Assembly: GCA_964438735.1 (NCBI GenBank)
Contig: CAYTLW010000007.1
Span: forward strand, 8,594-72,593
Reading direction: 5' to 3'
Source: an uncultured Enterobacteriaceae bacterium
GTDB taxonomy: Bacteria > Myxococcota_A > UBA9042
DNA length: 64,000 nt
A program made the translations under genes and the position numbers. Positions within the stretch are counted from its first letter, which is position 1, and each line of letters starts with the position of its first letter. The notes under the pieces were generated by a model. The model was not told the origin of the DNA, did not search any database, and worked only from the letters and a program-made list of their open reading frames with translations. Positions 28,930 to 39,300 of this stretch are shown here, one piece after another.

Positions 28930-30482
28930 GGCTTGTCAGCCCGCTGGTCATCCTGAGGCGATCGCTGACCGCCCGCCTGCTTGCGATCGCCTGGGTGGCC
29001 ACTGTGGTCTTTGGGCTGGTCTTCGGCGCCATCACGCGTACGGTGGTCACCCGCGAACTCCGCGACAACCTGCATCTGCGGGCCAGCGCGTTGGGAGAGG
29101 GTTTGCGCCCTCTGGTCGAAAGCGCAGTGGCTACGGGCGATACCGTCGGCCTTCACATTGCGCTTGCAGAGGCGGTTCAGACCAATCCCTCGGTCCGCTA
29201 TGTCGTCGTGGTGGATGACGCCGGCAAACTGCGCGCCCACAGCTTCGCTCGGAGGCCGTCCACCGGCTTCATCCGCATCATCGACGCAGGACGACAGCAA
29301 GCCGTGCCCGCGACGCTGCAGACCGAGTTGGGTCTGCTACATGATGTGGCCCTCGAAGGCAGGAGTTCGGGTGCGCCGCGCATTCATGTGGGCGTGGACG
29401 AGAACTGGGTCAGCGAGACGGTGTCCATGTTGACGATCGCCTTCGCGATCGCCGGCGCTGTAGCGCTCTTCGTCGGTCTGGTCATCGCAAGCGCGGTGAC
29501 GTACTGGGTCTCACAGCCCCTGCTCCGGGTCGCGCGGGCGGCCGATGAAGTGGCGCACGCCATGACCGACCAAGCCCGATCCGGCGATGGCATCGTCGTG
29601 CCCCCGGGGTCGGGGCCCTGGCGCATCGAGAGTGCGTCGCCCATCGCGGAGATCGTGCAACTGAAGGAATCGTTCAACCGCCTGGCCCTGTCTCTTCACG
29701 ACAGCCAGGTCGGGCTGGAGCAGGCCCAGAAAGGGTTGATTCGCAGCGAGCGGATGGCGGCCCTGGGCGCCTTTGTCGCCGGCACCGCACACGCCATCAA
29801 CAATCCGCTCGGCGGGCTGCGCGCCTGCAACGAGATGATCGTCAAGAATCCAGATGATGTGGCGGGGCACCAGCGTTACGCCGGAATCTCACGAAAGGCC
29901 ATCGATCGCATCGACCGACTGGTGGGCCGACTGGTGAGTTTCGTCCGCCTGGACCAGGGCGAGCGGGGCGTCTTTGATGTCAATCACCAGATCGAGCCCA
30001 GCCTGGTGGTGGACAGTCTGGCGGCCAAGGGTCAGGACGTTCGCGTGGAGTTGGACCTGAGCGACGAGCCGCTGCCTGTACGCGGCATCGCCGAGGAGTT
30101 CGAGCAGGCGTTGACCAACCTGGTGCTCAACGCCATGCAGGCATCGCCGGCAGGCTCGGTGGTCACCGTTCGCTCCCGCCTGGCTCCAGCCGCCGATGCC
30201 GCCACTGGGCAACCGGACGGCGCTGTGGTTCAGGTTGAGGTCTTGGATCACGGGCCTGGCATCCCGGAGGCGCTGCACGATCGGATCTTCGAGCCCTTCT
30301 TCAGCACCAAACCCGAGGGCGAGGGCACCGGGCTGGGGCTTTGGATCGTCTGGGGGGTGCTCGAGCGCATGGGAGGCGGCATCAGCGTCGCCACGACAGA
30401 ATGGGGCGGCACGTCGTTCTTGATCGAGCTACCGGTGGCCGAAGCCGGCGCGGCCCTGCCGCAGGAGTCCACACATGGATGA
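28926..30482 (+). CDS. Sensor histidine kinase (two TM segments, HisKA + HATPase_c)
   Basis: H-box ERMAALGAFVAGTAHAINNPLGGL. N box, and G boxes (GTGLGLWIVWGVLERMGG). Confidence 0.85.
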   Translation: MRLVSPLVILRRSLTARLLAIAWVATVVFGLVFGAITRTVVTRELRDNLHLRASALGEGLRPLVESAVATGDTVGLHIALAEAVQTNPSVRYVVVVDDAGKLRAHSFARRPSTGFIRIIDAGRQQAVPATLQTELGLLHDVALEGRSSGAPRIHVGVDENWVSETVSMLTIAFAIAGAVALFVGLVIASAVTYWVSQPLLRVARAADEVAHAMTDQARSGDGIVVPPGSGPWRIESASPIAEIVQLKESFNRLALSLHDSQVGLEQAQKGLIRSERMAALGAFVAGTAHAINNPLGGLRACNEMIVKNPDDVAGHQRYAGISRKAIDRIDRLVGRLVSFVRLDQGERGVFDVNHQIEPSLVVDSLAAKGQDVRVELDLSDEPLPVRGIAEEFEQALTNLVLNAMQASPAGSVVTVRSRLAPAADAATGQPDGAVVQVEVLDHGPGIPEALHDRIFEPFFSTKPEGEGTGLGLWIVWGVLERMGGGISVATTEWGGTSFLIELPVAEAGAALPQESTHG

Positions 30483-31872
30483 GATCTGTGCCGATTGCAG
30501 ACATGTACTGGTGGTCGAGGACGAAGAGACGTTGCGCCTGCCCCTGGTCGACTTTCTCGAGTCGCGTGGCGCGCGCGTCACGGCGGTGGACAACGGCAAC
30601 GCAGGGATCGAGGCGCTGCTGCGCGCGGACTTCGACCTGGTCTTCACCGACATCCGGCTGCCGGGTGCAGACGGCTTTCAGATCCTGAAGCGAGCCCTCG
30701 AGATCTCGGCGCAGACCTGTGTTGTGGTGATGACCGCCTATGCCGACGTCAGCTCGGCCGTTCGGGCCATGCGGATGGGCGCCCACGACTACCTGGCCAA
30801 GCCCTTCTCATTCGACAGCGTGGACACGGTGCTCCTGCGCAGTTGCCGACAGAGCCAACTGGTCCGGGAGCGCGACGAGCTGCGGCGCGAGGCCGACGGC
30901 GAGTTCGCGATCTCCAACATCATCGCCTGCTCCATCGCCATGCAGCAGGTGCTGGACACCGTCAAACGGGTCGCCCATTCAGACGCCAGCGTCGTGCTGC
31001 AGGGCGAGACGGGCAGCGGCAAGGAGCTCGTCGCCGAGGCGCTGCACCGCCTCTCGCCACGGCATGACAAGCGCCTGGTCAAGCTGAACTGCGCGGCGGT
31101 GCCCGAGACCTTGATCGAGAGCGAAATGTTCGGGCACGAGCGCGGCGCGTTCACCGGCGCGGTGGCCCGCAAACGGGGTCGCTTCGAGGTCGCCGATGGC
31201 GGCACCCTCTTCCTGGACGAGATCGCCGACCTGAGCCCGGCCGGCCAGGCCAAGTTGCTGCGCGTACTGCAGGATCGCACCTTCGAGCGGGTCGGCGGAG
31301 TCGATACCCTGAAGGTGGACGTCCGCTTCATCGCCGCGAGTCACAGGGACCTGCGACAGCTCGCCCAGGAAGGCAAGTTCCGCGAGGACCTGTACTACCG
31401 CATCGGCGTGATCACCATCCGCGTGCCACCGCTGCGCGAGCGCCAGGCCGACATCGAGCCGCTGACCCGGGTGATGGTCGGCCGCGCGAGTCAGCAGTTG
31501 CGGCGCACCGAGCCGGACATCAGCGATGAGGTGATCGAGCGCCTGAAGGTCTATCCCTTCCCCGGCAACGTGCGCGAACTGGCCAACCTGACCGAGCGGG
31601 CTGTGACGCTCTGCGACGGGGATCGCCTGGAGGAGTGGCACTTTCCGCCGGAGGTGCGGGCCTCCAACGGAGCGGACGCTGACGATCCTGCGGCCGCCTT
31701 TCTCCCCCTGCAAGAGGCGTCGGCACGCTTCGAGCAGGAGTACGTCTCCGCGGCCCTACGCCGTACTGGCGGACGCAAGACGGAAGCGGCCAAGTTGCTG
31801 GGCATCTCTCGCAAGACGCTGTGGGCGCGCATGAAGGATGTGGAGACCCAGGCAGATGAGGCGACGGGCTGA
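30475..31872 (+). CDS. Sigma54-dependent response regulator (NtrC family: REC + AAA+ sigma54 activator + Fis-type HTH)
   Basis: REC domain (VLVVEDEE...DLVFTDIRLPGADG). Walker A GETGSGKE, GAFTGA-type motif ERGAFTGA. C-terminal HTH AAKLLGISRKTLWARM. Confidence 0.9.
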   Translation: MDEICADCRHVLVVEDEETLRLPLVDFLESRGARVTAVDNGNAGIEALLRADFDLVFTDIRLPGADGFQILKRALEISAQTCVVVMTAYADVSSAVRAMRMGAHDYLAKPFSFDSVDTVLLRSCRQSQLVRERDELRREADGEFAISNIIACSIAMQQVLDTVKRVAHSDASVVLQGETGSGKELVAEALHRLSPRHDKRLVKLNCAAVPETLIESEMFGHERGAFTGAVARKRGRFEVADGGTLFLDEIADLSPAGQAKLLRVLQDRTFERVGGVDTLKVDVRFIAASHRDLRQLAQEGKFREDLYYRIGVITIRVPPLRERQADIEPLTRVMVGRASQQLRRTEPDISDEVIERLKVYPFPGNVRELANLTERAVTLCDGDRLEEWHFPPEVRASNGADADDPAAAFLPLQEASARFEQEYVSAALRRTGGRKTEAAKLLGISRKTLWARMKDVETQADEATG

Positions 31873-31903
31873 GTCCTGTCCCCGGCTTGAGCGTACAGAA
31901 GGG

Positions 31904-33871
31904 CTACTGCGGCGGGTCGATCGGCCACTTCATGGGCGGCATCTCATAAGGCTTGCTTGCGTCCGCCGGAGGTGGCGGCGGCGGCGGGGCACCACCTGCA
32001 GGATACTTGGTGGTAAAGGTGCTCAGGTGCAGGTGGTGGTGATGGAAGGTGTACCAGCCCTTGCCCGTATTGGTGGTCTCGTAGGCCAGGTGTGAGGCGA
32101 ACTTCTTGTAGCTCGAGGCGCTGATCTTGCCAGCGCTGTAGAGCTTCTTCGCCTCGGCTTCCAGCAGGGGGCCGATCTTGCCGTCGACGCCGATCACCCG
32201 CACACGAGGGCTGTCGAAGAGCCGCCCGATGAACAGGGTCGTACGCGGGACGTCCAGGATGTTGGGCGCGCCGACGCAGTGATATTGGTCCTTGCCGCCC
32301 GCCACGTGCGGGCACACGGGCTTGAGATGGTTGTTCTTCTGGCCGACCTGATAGTAGGCGATGTCGATGTCCCGGCCCCAGTCGTGGGTCGTCTTCGGGT
32401 GGCGCAACTGACCGCTGCTGGTCTTGGGGGTGGTGCCGTCGGCCATGCTCATATCGCCCAGGCCCAGCGGGAAGCTGCCAGGCATCAGGCAGGCCACCGA
32501 AGCGGCGGCGTACTTGACCAGCATGGTGGTGTCGTGGCGCAGCCAGCTGAGCTTGTCGCCGTGGGTGACCTTGTAGCCGTAGCCGTTGGTGGGCTTGAAC
32601 AACTTCACCTTGCTGCAGGCGGAGTTGCCCAGGGTGCAGGCGTGGCCGGGGATCTTGCTCAGGCAGCTGGCCTGGCCGCTGCACGAGGCGGTGTTGAAGG
32701 TGCACTTGCTGCCGCACTTCAGGGTGCCGCCGGAGTAGCCCAGGCCGGTGCACTTCATGTTGTTCAGGTCGGCGCCGTCGCACTGCTCATCGCCAGTGGC
32801 CTTGCCGTCGCCACACTTGGCGCCGCCGCCACCGGGGCAGGCTTTGGCGAAGTCGGTGCAGCAGTCGTTGTACTGGGTGCACTGATCGTCGCACTGGCAC
32901 TTGGCGTTGCTGTCGTACTTGCCGCACTTGCCGACGCAGGACAGCCCGCCGCCGGAGCCGCTATCCGAAGAGCCCGTATCCGTCGGCCCGGCGTCGGGAG
33001 CGCCGCCGTCGGTGCCACCTGCGTCGCTGCCGCCACCGACGCAGAGTGCGTCGTAGTCGGAGCAGCAGTCCTTGTACTGCTTGCAGGCGTCGTCGCAGTT
33101 GCACGGCGCCTGGGCGCCCAGGTACTTGCCGCACGAACCCTTGCAGGTGCCCTTGGTCGGGTCGGCGCACTTGGTCCAGCCGCACGTCTGCATGGCGTCG
33201 ATCAGCTTGCCGGCTTTGTCCGCGGCGGCGCCGCTGATGCCCAGCTGCTTGGCGCAGTCGTCGATGCTCTTGCCGGTCTTGTTGCAGGAGATGAGCGCCG
33301 CGCAGGCGGAGTCGGCCTTGCAGGCGGCGGTCTCCTGCGGGCACTGGCTATCCCAGCATGGGTTGGTATTGAAGGCGCCGCCGCCCGCGTCGCCGGTGCC
33401 GGCATCGACGGTGCCGCCGGTGTCCTTGGGGCCCCCGGTATCGGTCGGTCCGCCGGCATCGACGGGACCGCCTGTGTCCTTGGGTCCGCCGGCGTCGACG
33501 GTGCCGCCGGTATCCTTGGCTCCGCCGACGTCGCTGGGGACCGTATCCACGCCGCCGCCTGAGTCGATCGTGCCGCGACCGCCGCTATCGACATTGCCGC
33601 GACCTGCATCGCCTGGCACGCCTCGGCCGTTGCCATCGCCAGCGACAGTTCCGCCATCCTGGAGCGTCACGCCACCGTCTCCGCCGGTGGCACCGGCGTC
33701 TACGCCTCCGGTCGGGCCGCCGTCCGGGGTCACGCCGTCCACGCTGCCGTCTGGGTTGTAGTAGCCCATGGGCACGCCGCCGCCGGCGGTCGTACCCAGG
33801 CATGCGGGCAGGGGCAGGATCGAGGCCAGGGCCAGCAGGCGCAACAGCGGGCGGGCGGGGGAGTGGGTCAC
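31904..33871 (-). CDS. Secreted (lipo)protein: Gly/Asp/Thr-rich linker, two somatomedin-B-like Cys modules, C-terminal MepA-like LAS-family zinc metallopeptidase domain
   Basis: GTG start at 33871 (GGAGGA 4 nt upstream) gives signal peptide [24 protein letters not shown]. Two modules [35 protein letters not shown] and [34 protein letters not shown] match the 8-Cys SMB pattern of vitronectin (CKGRCTEGFNVDKKCQCDELCSYYQSCCTDYTAEC). C-terminal [11 protein letters not shown]...FHHHHLHLS resembles MepA SHQTGLDVDI / HMHVRL zinc ligands. Poly-Pro tail. Confidence 0.6.
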   Translation of the reverse strand: MTHSPARPLLRLLALASILPLPACLGTTAGGGVPMGYYNPDGSVDGVTPDGGPTGGVDAGATGGDGGVTLQDGGTVAGDGNGRGVPGDAGRGNVDSGGRGTIDSGGGVDTVPSDVGGAKDTGGTVDAGGPKDTGGPVDAGGPTDTGGPKDTGGTVDAGTGDAGGGAFNTNPCWDSQCPQETAACKADSACAALISCNKTGKSIDDCAKQLGISGAAADKAGKLIDAMQTCGWTKCADPTKGTCKGSCGKYLGAQAPCNCDDACKQYKDCCSDYDALCVGGGSDAGGTDGGAPDAGPTDTGSSDSGSGGGLSCVGKCGKYDSNAKCQCDDQCTQYNDCCTDFAKACPGGGGAKCGDGKATGDEQCDGADLNNMKCTGLGYSGGTLKCGSKCTFNTASCSGQASCLSKIPGHACTLGNSACSKVKLFKPTNGYGYKVTHGDKLSWLRHDTTMLVKYAAASVACLMPGSFPLGLGDMSMADGTTPKTSSGQLRHPKTTHDWGRDIDIAYYQVGQKNNHLKPVCPHVAGGKDQYHCVGAPNILDVPRTTLFIGRLFDSPRVRVIGVDGKIGPLLEAEAKKLYSAGKISASSYKKFASHLAYETTNTGKGWYTFHHHHLHLSTFTTKYPAGGAPPPPPPPADASKPYEMPPMKWPIDPPQ

Positions 33872-34022
33872 GATGTCCTCCACTGGGGGTCCGGAGTCCG
33901 TCGGGGTGTGGGGCGCGCGGCATAGCACAGGGTTGGTTGCAACGAAAGGTGGATTTGTGCGCCGGCGGGCAGAGGCGGGGTCTATTCTACCCTCGCCGCA
34001 GCCTTTGAACGGGAGCCCGACC

Positions 34023-36323
34023 ATGACCCACCGACTTGTCGCCCTCGCAGCCCTCTGCGCGATGCTCGCCCTTGCCCCTGTAGCCGAAGCGGAGGTGCCC
34101 GGCACCCTGGCCGTCTACGGCACGATCGGCAGCGCGGGGGGCGGTGCGCCCAGCGGCAAGTACGTGGCGACGTTCTCGATCTACGGCGCGGCGAGCGGCG
34201 GCCAGGCGGCCTGGACCGAGGGCCTGACGCCAATCACGGTCAATGGGGGGCGATTCAGCACGATCCTGGGCGCCAAGAAGCCGCTGACGGCCACCTTGCT
34301 GGCGTCGTTGAAAGAGGCCTGGCTTGGCGTGGCCGTGGATCTGAACAAGGAGCAGCCGCGGGTGCGCCTGCACACGGTCGCCTACGCCCTGCAAGCCCAA
34401 TCGGCGGCCGGGCTGGCCTGTTCGGGTTGCGTGACGGCGCAACACCTGGCCCCGGGCGCGATCTCGGCCGACAAGGTCGGCTTCACCTTCGCGGGCGCCA
34501 AGACCAAGGGTGGCCCGGCCAACAGCGCCCTGGACCTGCAGTGCACCGGCTGTGTCAGCGTGGGCGAGTTGAAGATCGATGGCGACCTGGATCTCGGCGG
34601 CAACGCGCTCAAGGCCAAGACGGCTGTGGTCGGCAACCTCAGCGCCCAGTCGATCAGCGCATCGAGCTTTGCCGGCGACGGCAGCAAGCTGACCGGCATC
34701 AAGACGCCGTCGGGCGCCTGCAGCGCCAAGGGCCACGTGGTCAAGGGCATCAACCCGGACGGTTCGCTGCAATGTGTGCCAGGTGGTGGCGCCTCGGGCC
34801 TGCCGCCAGACGGCATCGATGAGATCTCCAACAACCTGATCTTCAATCAGTTCGTCGACTCGGCCAAGAGCAAGGCGCCGGTGCCGATCCCGGACAACAA
34901 CCCCATCGGCACCTCCGACGTCATCGACTTCCCCGACGTGGGCCTGGCCCAGAAGCTCACCGTGCACCTCGAGGTGGAGAACTCGAACCTCAGCGCCGTG
35001 GAGTTGACCCTCTACGACCCGGCCAACCAGAAGTACGTATTGCTGCCCAAGGGCGTGGGCAAGGGCACCAAGCTCGTGACCAGCTACCCGGCGCCCAGCA
35101 AGCCGGCCTCTGGCGATCTGACCGCCTGGATCGGCAAGAATCCCAAGGGCAAGTGGCGCCTGAAGGTCACGGACGAAGCCTTCAAGAACAACCAGTTCGA
35201 CGGCGCTATCAAGAGCTGGCGCATCGACATCCAGACCCTGTCCAGCAAGAAGATTCAGATCAAGGGCGACCTGATCGTCGACGGCAGCGTGCAGGGCTCC
35301 AAGGGCTTCCAGATCGTCGGCGACACCGGATTTGCCGGCGCTGTGGTCTTCAACGAGGAGGTCAAGTTCAAGAAGTCGATCATCATCGAGGGTGGCATCG
35401 CGTTCGGCGACATCAAGAAGCAGTCCTTCCAGATCTGCGACGACCCCGACCCCAACGGCCCATGCATCGCCGAGCTCTCCTCGGGTCGACCCTTCCTGGA
35501 GGCGGCGCTGCATTGCGCGGCGCAGAAGGGCGACATCTGCACCGACAGCCAGTGCTACGCCATGCGTAAGGTCTCCAATGGCTCGACCATCTACAACTTC
35601 ACCCTGCTGCCCAATTGGACCAACTCCTTCGCCGACAACGACAGCGGTCAGTGGAGCTCGGTCAACGGCGGCACGGGCGACAACCACAGCCACACCAGCA
35701 ACTACCTGGTGCCCTGCTGCCACAACATCACGCCGATCGTGCCCGGCGAGCAGAAGGTCGCCGGCATCCGCGTGCTGAAGATCAACAACGCCGACAACGC
35801 CACCTGGGATACGGCCGTCCAGGCGTGCCTCAAGCTCAAGGCCGATCTATGCGACAAGGGGCAGTACCGGGTGCTGCGCAACAAGGGCAAGATCAGCGCC
35901 CGCATGTGGGCCTCGGATCACTCCGATAACGACAACACCTCGGGCAGCTACAAGAAGGGCATCGGCGGCGTATCCGACAATCCCACGCCGGGTCAGAAGT
36001 ACGGCTACGCCTGCTGCGCCACCGACCGGCAGAAGCTGGACTGCCCCGCAGGAGCGCAGAATGTGAAGGGCGTCTGCGTGGCCAAGATCCACAACAGCAA
36101 CGTCAACTGGAACACCGCCAGCACCGCTTGCGCTGCCCTGGGCGCTCGACTCTGCTCCATCGCCCAGTCGGCGGTGTTGCGCAAAGAAGGCAAGATCAAG
36201 ACCAGCGCCAGCTGGACGGCTTCGTACAGCGACAACGACGGCAACCAGGCCCATATTGGTGTCGGAAACGCAGGCGACGACCACACCTACAACTCAGGCT
36301 ACGGCTACGCCTGCTGCTACTGA
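34023..36323 (+). CDS. Secreted protein with beta-rich N-terminal region and two C-terminal Cys-containing C-type-lectin-like domains each ending YGYACC
   Basis: Signal peptide [23 protein letters not shown]|E. C-terminal tandem ~120-aa domains (W[ND]TA..AC..LGA.LCS...VLR..GKI ... GYGYACC) that resemble the CTLD N-terminal consensus. Confidence 0.55.
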   Translation: MTHRLVALAALCAMLALAPVAEAEVPGTLAVYGTIGSAGGGAPSGKYVATFSIYGAASGGQAAWTEGLTPITVNGGRFSTILGAKKPLTATLLASLKEAWLGVAVDLNKEQPRVRLHTVAYALQAQSAAGLACSGCVTAQHLAPGAISADKVGFTFAGAKTKGGPANSALDLQCTGCVSVGELKIDGDLDLGGNALKAKTAVVGNLSAQSISASSFAGDGSKLTGIKTPSGACSAKGHVVKGINPDGSLQCVPGGGASGLPPDGIDEISNNLIFNQFVDSAKSKAPVPIPDNNPIGTSDVIDFPDVGLAQKLTVHLEVENSNLSAVELTLYDPANQKYVLLPKGVGKGTKLVTSYPAPSKPASGDLTAWIGKNPKGKWRLKVTDEAFKNNQFDGAIKSWRIDIQTLSSKKIQIKGDLIVDGSVQGSKGFQIVGDTGFAGAVVFNEEVKFKKSIIIEGGIAFGDIKKQSFQICDDPDPNGPCIAELSSGRPFLEAALHCAAQKGDICTDSQCYAMRKVSNGSTIYNFTLLPNWTNSFADNDSGQWSSVNGGTGDNHSHTSNYLVPCCHNITPIVPGEQKVAGIRVLKINNADNATWDTAVQACLKLKADLCDKGQYRVLRNKGKISARMWASDHSDNDNTSGSYKKGIGGVSDNPTPGQKYGYACCATDRQKLDCPAGAQNVKGVCVAKIHNSNVNWNTASTACAALGARLCSIAQSAVLRKEGKIKTSASWTASYSDNDGNQAHIGVGNAGDDHTYNSGYGYACCY

Positions 36324-36357
36324 GCCGGGTCGGCGACCATGGGTGCGAACGAAGCGG

Positions 36358-39300
36358 TCAATGACCACGCACGTACATCGTCGTATTGGACCGACACGCA
36401 CAGCCGCATAACGCCCCTGGCTTGTCCTGGCAGACCGTGCCCTGGGCAGCGTTGGGGTTCTTGCCGTAGTAGGTCAGCGTCTTGTACTGCCCGCCGCCGC
36501 CGTTGGAGCAGCCCACCCCCCAATGGGGCGTCTCGCCGGAGCCCTTGCAGGTGTAGCTGCCGCCCTTGGAGCCGTTGAAATACGCGTACGAGCCCGTGAG
36601 CTGCTTGCCGCTGGACCAGCTCCACTTCAACGTGGTCTTGGGGGAGCGATACCAGCGGTTGCCATAGAGATAGAGGTACTCCTTGGTGGTATTGCCATGC
36701 AGTGACGACGCCACGTTCGGGTAGAGCTTGGTCCAGCCACCGCCGGCGACGCTCATCAAGCAGACGGCGCTGAAGGCGTCGCCGATGCCGCCGCCGTTGG
36801 GGTCGATCCAGTAGCTGCCGTTGCCCTTGGAGCTGCCGCTGTCGAGGATGTGCTTGCAGCTGAGCGCCGGGTTGGACTTGGTGCCCACCGTCTTGGGCAC
36901 GCACTTGCCGCTCTGGCACCACTTGGCGGCGCCGCAGCCCTTGCCGTTGGCGACGTTCTTGGTCGTGCAGCCCTGGCCTTTGTCGCAGCCGTTGAGCGTG
37001 CAGGGGTTGCCGTCATCGCATTTCTTGGCCGAACCCGGCTTGCAGCTGCCGCCGTTGCAGGCGTCGTTAAGGGTGCAGACGCTGCCGTCGCTGCATGGGG
37101 CGGCGTTGTTGGCGTTGATGCAGCCCTTGGACGCATCGCAGAAGTCGGTCGTGCACAGCTTGTTGTCGTTGCAGTTCTTGGCCGAGCCCGGTTTGCAGCT
37201 GCCACCGGTGCAGATGTCGTTGGTGGTGCAGGCGTTGCCGTCGCTGCAGGGCTTGGTATTGGCCTTGTGGGTACAGCCCGTAGCCGGCGCGCAGGCATCG
37301 TCGGTGCACAGCTTGCCGTCATCGCAATTCGGCGCGGCGCCCGGGGCGCATTTGCCGCCGGTACAGGTGTCCTTGAGGGTGCACTTGCTGTTGTCAGAGC
37401 AGGGCTTGGTATTGGCCGTGAACGTGCAGCCCTTGGCCTTGTCGCAGCCGTCGTCGGTGCAGAGTTCGCCGTCGCTGCAGGACTTCTTCTTGCCGGGGAT
37501 GCAGAAGCCGCCCAGGCAGCTGTCGGTCAGGGTGCAGACGTCGCCATCGCTGCACTTGGCTGAATTGGGAGCGTGCTGGCAGCCCTTGGTCTTGTCGCAG
37601 GAGTCGTCGGTGCAGACCTTGCCGTCATCGCAGACCAGCGGCGCGCCGGCCGCGCACGACTTGTCCTTGCAGGCGTCGGGTTTGGTGCAGGCGTTGCCGT
37701 CGTCGCATGGCGCCGTGTTGGCCACGTGCAGGCAGCCGTTCTTCCAGTGGCAGCCGTCGGTGGTGCAGTTGTTCTTGTCGTCGCAGACCTTGGGCCCGCC
37801 GGGCGTGCAAGCGCCGGCCTTGCAGATGTCCTTGTCGGAGCAGGTGTTGCCGTCGTTGCAGCCGGCGCTGTTGTGGGTGAAGACGCAGCCCTTGGCCTTG
37901 TCGCATGCGTCATCGGTGCACACGTTGCCGTCGGCGCAGGTCACCGGATTGCCGGGCGCGCAGGTGCCTGCTTTGCACCCATCGTTGGCGGTGCAGGCGT
38001 TGCCGTCGTCGCAGGGCAGGGCGTTGGCGGGGTGGGCGCAGCCGTTGAGGTGGTGGCAGGTGTCGTTGGTGCAAAGTTTGCCGTCGTCGCAGCTCTTCGG
38101 CTTGCCGGGCGCGCATTTGCCGGCCAGGCAGCCGTCGGACTCGGTGCAGACGCTGCCATCGCTGCACGGCGCGCCGGGTTTGGCGTGCACATGGCTGCAG
38201 CCGGTCTTGGCTTCGCATTCATCTACGGTGCAGACATTGCCGTCGTTGCAGACCAGCGCCTTGCCGGGCTGACATTTGCCAGCCGCGCAGCCGTCACCCA
38301 CGGTGCAGGCGCTGCCGTCGTCGCAGGCCGAGCTGTTGGGTGTGAAGGTGCAACCCTTGGCCGGATCGCATCCGTCGGTCGTGCACACCTGCCCATCGCT
38401 GCAGGTCACGGGTTTGGCGGCGCACTTGCCGCTGGCGCAGACGTCCTCCTTGGTGCAGGCGTTGCCGTCGTCGCAGGCGCCCGTGTTGTGCACATGGGTA
38501 CAGGCCGTCTTGGCGTCGCAGCCGTCGGTTGTACACGGGTTGCCGTCATCGCAGGACTGCTTGCCCGGCCCCTTGCATTCGGTAGCGGTGCAAGCGTCGG
38601 CCAGGGTGCAGGCGTCGCCGTCGTCGCACGCGACGCTGTTGGCCAGGTGGGTGCAGCCGGTCTTCTTGTCGCAGCTGTCGTCGGTGCAGAGGTTGTCGTC
38701 GTTGCAATCGAGGGCCGGTCCGCCCGTGCAGACACCTTTGTTGCAGATGTCCTTGGTGGTGCAGGCGTCGCCATCATCGCACGCCGGCCCGGTCTGCTCG
38801 TTGTGCACGCAGCCCTTGATCGCGTCACAGCCGTCGATCGTGCAGGTGTTGTTGTCGTCGCAGACCACCTTCGTGCCGATGCATTTGCCTTCGGTACACG
38901 CGTCGTCGGAGGTGCAGGCGTTGTTGTCATCGCAAGCGCCCGCCTGGGGCAGATGATTGCACTTGCCGGCGTTGCAGCTGTCCGCCGTGCAGACCATGTT
39001 GTCGTCGCAGACCCCCGGGTCGGCCTCGTCGGTGTTGCCGTCGCAGTCATCGTCCTGGGTGTTGCAGGTCTCGCTCACCGCAGCCGGCGCGTCGCAGGCG
39101 CCCAGGCCCTTGGCGTTGCAGGCGCGCTTGCCGGTACAGGTGCCGGCGCCATTGGTTGTGGAACAGCCGGTGACGAGTCCCAGCTCCTTGGCCCGGGCGC
39201 TGCACGGACAGGTCAGGTCGGCGCGTTGACATTGTTTGGCCTTGGCGCCACCCACGCTGACCACGTCGACGCACTGCCAGCCCTCCGGGCAGGTCACATC

